A stretch of 64,000 nucleotides of DNA from Shewanella sp. Lineage in GTDB: Bacteria > Pseudomonadota > Gammaproteobacteria > Enterobacterales > Shewanellaceae. The stretch is from the NCBI RefSeq assembly GCF_048265805.1, contig NZ_JBLXAT010000012.1:15412-79411 (forward strand), read 5' to 3'. Position 1 is the first letter of the stretch; every line of letters starts with the position of its first letter. The notes under the pieces are model-generated. The model had not been told where the DNA came from. It ran no database searches and saw nothing but the letters and a program-made list of their open reading frames with translations. Shown here in pieces: positions 57,710 to 64,000 of the stretch. Made by a program: the position numbers and the translations under genes.

Positions 57710-58492
57710 ATGAAATATTGTCAACTGTGTCTATTAGGGACATTGTTAACCTGTAGTACCTCAATTTGGGCCGCGGAGCCTGAAACGCCAGCCGTTGAAG
57801 AGAGTGCTGTTAAAGTTACTTATAACGATCCGCGTGACCCTTGGGAAGGTTTTAACCGAGCAATGTGGAATTTTAACTACAACTATTTAGATCGCTACGT
57901 TGCTCGCCCTGTTGCGCATGGGTATCGGGATTATGTACCAAGCCCAGTTAAGACCGGCTTAGATAACTTCTTACAGAATTTAGAAGAACCCCAGTCATTG
58001 GTGAACAATACGCTTCAGGGAAAATGGCATTGGGCAGCTAATGCTACAGGTCGTTTTGTTGTGAACACTACCGTAGGCATCTTTGGGTTGATTGATGTCG
58101 CTGACATGATGGGTATGCCACGTAAGCAAGATGAGTTTAACGAGGTGCTTGGCTATTACGGTGTGCCTAATGGCCCCTATTTCATGGCGCCATTTATGGG
58201 GCCATATGTGACAAGGGAAATCACCACCGATTGGGTGGATAGTCTATACTTCCCGTTGTCAGAGCTAAGTTTCTGGCAAAACGCTTTGCGCTTGGGACTG
58301 AAAGGTCTTAATGCTCGCGCAGCAGCAATTGACCAAGAACGTTTAGTCGACAATGCTCTCGACCCATACAGCTTTGTCAAGGACGCTTACATCCAATATG
58401 TGGATTACAAAGTGTATGACGGTAAAGTACCATCGAAAAAGGACAATGATGATGAGTTGCTGGATGAATACATGCAGGAGCTTGAGGAGTAG
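57710..58492 (+). CDS. mlaA: MlaA/VacJ family outer-membrane lipoprotein
   Basis: Signal sequence, then DPWEGFNRAMWNFNYNYLDRYVARPVAHGYRDYVPSPVKTGLDNFLQNLEEP...NTTVGIFGLIDVA...EDFG-like QDEFNEVLGYYGV. Confidence 0.9.
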   Translation: MKYCQLCLLGTLLTCSTSIWAAEPETPAVEESAVKVTYNDPRDPWEGFNRAMWNFNYNYLDRYVARPVAHGYRDYVPSPVKTGLDNFLQNLEEPQSLVNNTLQGKWHWAANATGRFVVNTTVGIFGLIDVADMMGMPRKQDEFNEVLGYYGVPNGPYFMAPFMGPYVTREITTDWVDSLYFPLSELSFWQNALRLGLKGLNARAAAIDQERLVDNALDPYSFVKDAYIQYVDYKVYDGKVPSKKDNDDELLDEYMQELEE

Positions 58493-58589
58493 CATCAACG
58501 TAGTACCTGAAATTGCTTTGCGAGCTTTTCAGTGTGGCTGCGGTTGCTTGTAATCACTTCATCAAGCGCAATATTTAGTAGGGCAGTGT

Positions 58590-59693
58590 ATGGCGCTTGA
58601 TGAATTAAAAATTCTACTTGTTGAGGATGATCCGGTATTCCGCACGATAGTTGCGTCGTTTTTACGAGGTCGTGGTGCGTTAGTGACAGAAGCTGGCGAT
58701 GGTGAAGTCGCTTTAGCCGCTTTCTTTGCCGAGAGCTTTGACGTCGTCCTGTCAGATATCACTATGCCTAATATGGATGGTCTAGCGTTACTCTCCGAGT
58801 TAGCCCGTGCTGGGTCATATGTTCCTGCTATTGTGATGTCTGCCAATCAACAAATGTCCAATGTGACTGATGCGCTTAGGCTCGGTGCCGCAGATTATTT
58901 GGTCAAACCCATCTCAGATCTCTATCAAATAGAGCATGCTATCTATGAAAGTTTGCGCAGTACGCATTTTAATGAAAGTAACATACAACGTGATGTTGAT
59001 GACTTATCTTATCTTGAGTTGAACGAGCACCTTTCGTTACTCGAACACAATGCTAATGCGGCCAAAAGCGTGCAGCAGCAACTTTTCCCTAGTTCGTCAG
59101 TCAATTACAAACAAGCGACCTTTGAATACACCCTGTTTAGCGGGCAAGACGTCAGTCCCTATTTTATCGATTCAGAGCGACTAGCTAATGGTCATCTGAG
59201 TATGTATTTAGCGCACTTTTACCCTGAGGATCATCGTGCCGCGTTTGGTTCGGTACTGTTGCGCAGCTTCATGCACCAGAGTTCACATGAGTTATTGAAA
59301 GAAAATGGTGGTCATCTCGAGCCTTGTAAAATGCTGGAGTATCTCAATCAGCGTTTAATGCAGGCGAACATGGGGATTTATGCCGATATCTTGTTAATCA
59401 CCTATGTGCCGGAAAGCCGAACGGTGCATATTGCCCAGGCGGGCAGTGGCCTGCGTTGTTATATCCGTCAGCAAAATGATTTCACGCCAGTGATGTTGCC
59501 ACCTGCGATTCAACTCGGGCTGGTAGAGTGGGGCGCTTGCCAAGGGCACACTCGCATGTTGCAGGAACACGAAAAACTCTGTGTCGTTTCTTCTAATCAA
59601 TATCGCACTCAGCTATCGGAAAATCAGTTTAGCGGGGTGGATTATCAACCTAACTTACCCGTAGGTGGTTATTTTCAGCTGAGTGCTGACTGA
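58590..59693 (+). CDS. rssB: Response regulator with a C-terminal PP2C-like domain, RssB-like
   Basis: The REC domain (KILLVEDDPVFR...VLSDITMPNMDG...YLVKP) is followed by a ~230-aa domain collinear with the E. coli RssB pseudo-phosphatase domain, and both proteins end in LSAE/LSAD. The symbol is tentative. Confidence 0.6.
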   Translation: MALDELKILLVEDDPVFRTIVASFLRGRGALVTEAGDGEVALAAFFAESFDVVLSDITMPNMDGLALLSELARAGSYVPAIVMSANQQMSNVTDALRLGAADYLVKPISDLYQIEHAIYESLRSTHFNESNIQRDVDDLSYLELNEHLSLLEHNANAAKSVQQQLFPSSSVNYKQATFEYTLFSGQDVSPYFIDSERLANGHLSMYLAHFYPEDHRAAFGSVLLRSFMHQSSHELLKENGGHLEPCKMLEYLNQRLMQANMGIYADILLITYVPESRTVHIAQAGSGLRCYIRQQNDFTPVMLPPAIQLGLVEWGACQGHTRMLQEHEKLCVVSSNQYRTQLSENQFSGVDYQPNLPVGGYFQLSAD

Positions 59694-60031
59694 TCAGAGT
59701 GTAATAAAAATGTTACCTCAAGGTGCTTTTTTTACTTACATATCCCAATGATGAATTACGCAAAGCAAAAATGGTGGCAAGCGATTTTTGTAGCGAATAT
59801 ATAGGTATTTTTGACCCATTGTAGTAGTAACTATTTGTATCTTTTCCCGATAGAGAATAACGCTCCGTTGAGGATTAAAGGCGAATTGGAAAAGAATTGA
59901 CCACTCGTCTAGTAATGATCTGCCAAAACGTCAAAATCCCGCTAACTCCGCTTTCACTCACAGAGACAACTTTGCTATGATGCCGTCCACTAGATAGGAC
60001 GTCTATCCCCAAACATTGAAGTGAGCGTTAA

Positions 60032-60532
60032 ATGAAAGGTTGGTATCTTCTATATTGCAAGCCAAAAAGCGAGCTTAGAGCTCAGCTAAATTTGGGGCTG
60101 CAAGGATTAGAAACCTATCTGCCTATGATGCAGGTAGAGAAGAAGGACAAAGGCCTTTCCCAAGTCAAAAAGTCTCCGCTTTTTCCTAACTACCTTTTTG
60201 TAAAATTCGACCCGACCGAGTTTAGCGTAAGTAAAATCCATTCAACTCGTGGTGTTGCTCGGCTTGTTGATTGTTCCGAACAGTTAACTCCTCTCAATGA
60301 CATCTTGATCACTCGATTGAAACATCAGGAACTGATAGCTCCCGTCCTATCGTCATCCAAAACCTATATCTCAGGTGAAAAAGTCCGCGTTTTGGCTGGC
60401 CCATTTAGTGAACTCGAAGGTGTGTTTATCGAGCATAACGGCCAAGAACGCTGTAAAGTATTGTTCAAATTTTTAGGCAAATTGCAGTCGCTAGAGTTCG
60501 CCACTGCTGACATCGAAGCAGCAATTGCATAG
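60032..60532 (+). CDS. rfaH: Transcription antiterminator RfaH (NusG paralogue)
   Basis: MKGWYLLYCKPKSELRAQ...SPLFPNYLFVKFDP...TRGV, against E. coli RfaH MQSWYLLYCKRGQLQRAQ...EPLFPNYLFVEFDP...TRGV. 166 aa. Confidence 0.9.
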   Translation: MKGWYLLYCKPKSELRAQLNLGLQGLETYLPMMQVEKKDKGLSQVKKSPLFPNYLFVKFDPTEFSVSKIHSTRGVARLVDCSEQLTPLNDILITRLKHQELIAPVLSSSKTYISGEKVRVLAGPFSELEGVFIEHNGQERCKVLFKFLGKLQSLEFATADIEAAIA

Positions 60533-60644
60533 GCAGTGATCTAGCAAGCCTTTGTCTGAAATGAAATTTAGTAATTTATTGAAAGTAAAATAATTTCAAT
60601 AAAACAAGTTGGTAAACAGGGCATTTTGGAAGCCGAAATCCATG

Positions 60645-60656
60645 GGCGGTAGCGTG
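60645..60656 (+). promoter_or_regulatory. ops element (RfaH recruitment site), part of a JUMPStart-like leader
   Basis: GGCGGTAGCGTG matches the ops consensus GGCGGTAGnnTn exactly, on the non-template strand, about 290 nt upstream of the exporter gene start. Confidence 0.85.
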
Positions 60657-60943
60657 CCTGAAAGGGCGAGAAATCGCAGATTGTGCTCTCGAGCGCGAGG
60701 CATGGAGGCCGAGCTGGCTTTGGTACAGGATGTATCAACAGTTATGCGTAATTCATGACTCTGGCCGCAGAGCTTTTCTGACCATAGCTGATACTTCCCT
60801 TTGTATTTTAGGTAACTACTTTCGCAGGTTTACCTAGATAACTAGATTTCAAATAGCCGTATGTGGGCTAGAATTGCTGTTTTATTGTCCCTTTATTTCT
60901 TAACCATTATGGCTGACGCCTGACAGATGATGGAGATTCTTGA

Positions 60944-63799
60944 GTGTCACTCGTATCAAAAAAAATTAAACTAAGCCTAGCCAGCATATTGGCCGCTATG
61001 AGTTTTCAAATTGCTGCTGTCAGCATCACTCCGCAGATGATGCAGCAATTTCAGAATCTTCCTCGATCTGAGCAGGAACGTTTAGCCAAACAATACGGTA
61101 TCGATCCGTCTCAATTAGGGGGCGGACAGTCGTCAAATCGTGCCAATAATTTCCAAGAACAACCGCAGTTGGTACAGCCACGCGATGATAGAGATGGAAA
61201 GGACAAAGACAAAGATGATGAAGACAGTGAGGTGCGCAGTTTTCTTAAAGAGAAAGAGAACAAGCCGTTAGAACGCTTTGGTTATGACATGTTTGCTGGT
61301 GAACCAAGTACCTTTGCCCCAATGTCAGATGTTCCGGTTCCGTCTAACTATATGGTTGGCCCTGGTGATACCGTAAAAGTGCAACTGTACGGAAAAGAGA
61401 ACAGTCAATATGACTTAACTGTTACGCGGGATGGCGTGTTGCAGTTTCCTGACTTAGGGCCTGTGAATGTTAATGGATTGACGTTTTCAGAAGTGCGTGA
61501 GGTGTTAGGTAAGCAGATCAAACAGCAAATGATAGGCGTGGATAGCAACATTACCATGGGGGAATTGCGTTCTATCCGTATTTTTGTTGCTGGTGATGCT
61601 TATAAACCAGGTTCCTACACAGTCTCAAGCTTATCAACCATTACGCAAGCGTTGTTCGTGTCTGGTGGCGTAAGCGAAATAGGTTCATTACGTAACATTC
61701 AATTGAAGCGTCAGGGTAAAGTCATCGCTACGTTCGACTTGTACGACTTACTGTTAAAAGGTGACTCATCTAATGACTTGCCGCTTCGTTCTGGCGACGT
61801 AGTGTTTATCCCAGCTGTCGGACCAAGTATTCATGTTGATGGTGATGTACAGCGTCCCGCAATTTATGAATTAAAACCGCACGAAACCATGGCGCAAGTG
61901 GTTACCATGGCAGCTGGTTTTAAACCAGGAGCATATCCGAAAAGCAGTACGGTAGAGCGCTTTAACTCCGCGGGCCTAAAGTCGATTGTAGGGGTTGATT
62001 TAACCTCTGCTACTGGACAAAACATTCAGGCCCAAGACGGTGATTTTCTGCGCGTTAAGAGTTCGTCCACAGAGTACGATAATGCAGTAACCGTTGTTGG
62101 TGCCGCAGTTCGCCCGGGAGTATATCAATGGGTTCAAGGGCAACGAGTTAGTGATTTATTACCATCGTTATCAGCGGATTTGTTGACTGGAGCAGATCTA
62201 AACTACGCGTTGATTGTCCGTGAAATTAACGAACTGGGCGACATTCAAGTTCTGCAATTCTCACCAGCAAGCGCTATCACCAATCCGAGCAGCAAAGACA
62301 ACGTATTGTTAAAACCTAAAGATAAGCTGGTGCTATTTAACGAAACGGATAACGTGCGTAGTCGCTTTCAGCTTAATCAGTTGATTAAAAAGCGTATTTA
62401 TCATATTCAAAAAGCCAATAATGAGTTTTTTGCAGAACTGGCGAGCGATTCAGATAACAGTAATTTCAACCAACAAAACCAACAAGGAACAATGGCGCGA
62501 GGTAGTAACGCTAAAGACAACCCATTGGGTTCATTGGTGAATGGTGATTTGTTCAAGTCAGGCTTTGCCCAACTTGAACGGACGACGATGAAAAAGCGCA
62601 CGCAGCTTGCTGGCGTGGTAATCGGTGATGGTGAAGAGCCAGAAGATAGCGATGTTATTTCGTCTGAAGTCGAAAAGATGCTGTCACAGCTGTTCAATGA
62701 CAAAGGTCTGATCAAACTCAGCGCCGAATTAAATCGTCAAGAGTTGTTGTATCCCATTATCACTAAATTGAAGGCTCAAGGTCGAGCTGGTGCAGAAACT
62801 CAGGTCGTTGCGGTACATGGTGAGGTACGCTATGCCGGCATTTACCCACTGACAGAACACGCTGATATTAATAGCCTTATCGCTGCAGCAGGCGGCTTGA
62901 AAGAGGGGGCTTATACGCAGCGCGCTGAATTAACTCGCACAGTAACGGATAAAGATTCATCGTCCATTACGCATATCAACATTAGCGTGCAAAAAGCACT
63001 GGAACGTGATCAAGCGGCCAATATCAGTTTGCAACCACGCGATGTGCTTACGGTGATGCGTACCCCTGAATGGCAAGAGACGCAAACCGTTGAAGTCCGT
63101 GGTGAAGTTAAATTCCCTGGCATTTATAGTATCCGTCGTGGTGAGACCCTTGAACAGGTAGTACAACGTGCCGGTGGTTTTACTGACCACGCTTACCTAC
63201 CATCAGCCGTATTTGTGCGTGATTCGATTAAGAAGCAAGAGCAAATCGAAATCGAAAAGTTGGCCGACCAACTGCGTCGTGACTTGGCCACCCGTGGGGT
63301 TTCGAAAGAAGATACGGTAACCAACTACGATGATGCGCAAAAAATGCTGAATGACCTTGAAAACATTAAAGCTGTTGGTCGCTTAGTGATCGACTTGCCG
63401 GCGATTTCGTTAGGTATTAAAGAAGCAGATCTGCAGCTAGAAAACAAAGATGTGCTGTATGTGCCTGCACTTAAACAAACCATTTCAGTGGTGGGTGAAG
63501 TGCAGCATCCATCGACTCATCGTTTCAAAACGGGTATGTCATTACATGAATATTTAGATATGGCAGGTGGTGCACGTAAGCGGGCTGATGAAGACCGTAT
63601 CTATGTGATTAAAGCAGATGGCTCAGTAATGCTGCCGCATAACTCTAGCTGGTTTAGCAGTGAAGATGAATTGCAACCGGGTGATACTATTGTCGTACCG
63701 TTAGATACCGAATACAAAGACAAGTTGACACTGTGGTCACAGGTAACCTCAATCTTCTATAACTCTGCTGTCGCTGTCGCTGCATTGGCAAGTTTCTAA
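60944..63799 (+). CDS. Large Wza/OtnA-family polysaccharide export protein (Poly_export domain plus multiple SLBB domains)
   Basis: A signal peptide and LERFGYDMFAG...VGPGDTVKVQLYG (Poly_export). GD.L.V / PG.Y modules then repeat through the protein (SGDVVFIPA, DGDFLRVKS, PRDVLTVMR, NKDVLYVPA, PGDTIVVPL). GTG start with a GGAG ribosome-binding site. Confidence 0.85.
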   Translation: MSLVSKKIKLSLASILAAMSFQIAAVSITPQMMQQFQNLPRSEQERLAKQYGIDPSQLGGGQSSNRANNFQEQPQLVQPRDDRDGKDKDKDDEDSEVRSFLKEKENKPLERFGYDMFAGEPSTFAPMSDVPVPSNYMVGPGDTVKVQLYGKENSQYDLTVTRDGVLQFPDLGPVNVNGLTFSEVREVLGKQIKQQMIGVDSNITMGELRSIRIFVAGDAYKPGSYTVSSLSTITQALFVSGGVSEIGSLRNIQLKRQGKVIATFDLYDLLLKGDSSNDLPLRSGDVVFIPAVGPSIHVDGDVQRPAIYELKPHETMAQVVTMAAGFKPGAYPKSSTVERFNSAGLKSIVGVDLTSATGQNIQAQDGDFLRVKSSSTEYDNAVTVVGAAVRPGVYQWVQGQRVSDLLPSLSADLLTGADLNYALIVREINELGDIQVLQFSPASAITNPSSKDNVLLKPKDKLVLFNETDNVRSRFQLNQLIKKRIYHIQKANNEFFAELASDSDNSNFNQQNQQGTMARGSNAKDNPLGSLVNGDLFKSGFAQLERTTMKKRTQLAGVVIGDGEEPEDSDVISSEVEKMLSQLFNDKGLIKLSAELNRQELLYPIITKLKAQGRAGAETQVVAVHGEVRYAGIYPLTEHADINSLIAAAGGLKEGAYTQRAELTRTVTDKDSSSITHINISVQKALERDQAANISLQPRDVLTVMRTPEWQETQTVEVRGEVKFPGIYSIRRGETLEQVVQRAGGFTDHAYLPSAVFVRDSIKKQEQIEIEKLADQLRRDLATRGVSKEDTVTNYDDAQKMLNDLENIKAVGRLVIDLPAISLGIKEADLQLENKDVLYVPALKQTISVVGEVQHPSTHRFKTGMSLHEYLDMAGGARKRADEDRIYVIKADGSVMLPHNSSWFSSEDELQPGDTIVVPLDTEYKDKLTLWSQVTSIFYNSAVAVAALASF

Positions 63800-63895
63800 C
63801 GCATTATCGTCGTTTGATGACCATTACCCGCACTATGGTTCGGGTAGTGGTACAAAACGACTTGAATCATTTTCACTAAAACTAATTACACATTT

Positions 63896-64000
63896 ATGCC
63901 TAATACTAAACTAGAAATGCAGGATGCCGAGTTTGCTCGGCAATCAGCAGATGATGAGATAGACCTAAGGGAACTGGCCAGCGTTCTCTGGGCGGGAAAG
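63896..64000 (+). CDS. Wzz/chain-length-determinant (PCP) family protein, N-terminal 35 aa only
   Basis: MPNTKLEMQDAEFARQSADDEIDLRELASVLWAGK. The DDEIDL.EL...LW..K motif is the usual Wzz N-terminus. The gene follows the Wza-like gene and is truncated by the window end. Confidence 0.6.
   Translation, partial: MPNTKLEMQDAEFARQSADDEIDLRELASVLWAGK

Noticed and set aside
59758-59766. ACGCAAAGC upstream of rfaH, which is reminiscent of the conserved core of c-di-GMP-I (GEMM) riboswitches common near motility genes.
   Set aside because: The partner elements (GGCAAAC-type first hairpin, GNRA loop and receptor, paired P1 stems) are not present in the flanking 100 nt. A 9-mer alone is compatible with chance.
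63821-63850. A 10-bp stem hairpin (ccattacccg / cgggtagtgg) between the Wza-like and Wzz-like genes.
   Set aside because: No T-run follows, and the two genes are expected to be co-transcribed under RfaH control. It is probably a processing or stability structure, or chance, rather than a terminator.

Overview
The window is almost entirely one contiguous polar-flagellum and chemotaxis regulon of the Vibrio/Shewanella type. GC looks mid-40s percent by eye, and the two short flagellins (about 270 aa) are most like Shewanella. Left to right: a partial Maf (flagellin-glycosylation accessory) gene, an Aer-type PAS-MCP, tRNA-Arg(CCU) with what looks like a decayed integrase stub, and the H-ring genes flgT/flgOP. 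Then flgNM, flgA, cheV-cheR, flgBCDEFGHIJKL, two flagellins, flaG-fliD-(flaI/fliT slot)-fliS, and the flrA-flrBC sigma-54 regulators. Then fliEFGHIJKLMNOPQR-flhB, flhAFG-fliA, cheYZAB, a small unknown ORF, ParC/ParP-like array-positioning genes, cheW and a DUF2802 (FipA-type) gene. A convergent FliK-like/FlhB-C-terminal-like pair follows. The right end holds mlaA/vacJ, an RssB-like response regulator, rfaH, a leader with a perfect ops element, a 951-aa Wza-family exporter and the start of a Wzz-like gene. By eye I found eight good sigma-54 promoter matches, three sigma-28 matches and several intrinsic terminators; these also help choose start codons. I see no defence island, CRISPR array, intact mobile element or other clearly new multi-gene system. 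The most promising under-explained items are three CheZ/FliM-like peptide repeats in a CheA linker that seems to lack a P2 domain, the FliK-like plus FlhB-CTD-only pair, and a cheB-coupled membrane ORF. All homology calls come from motif recognition by eye, not from searches.
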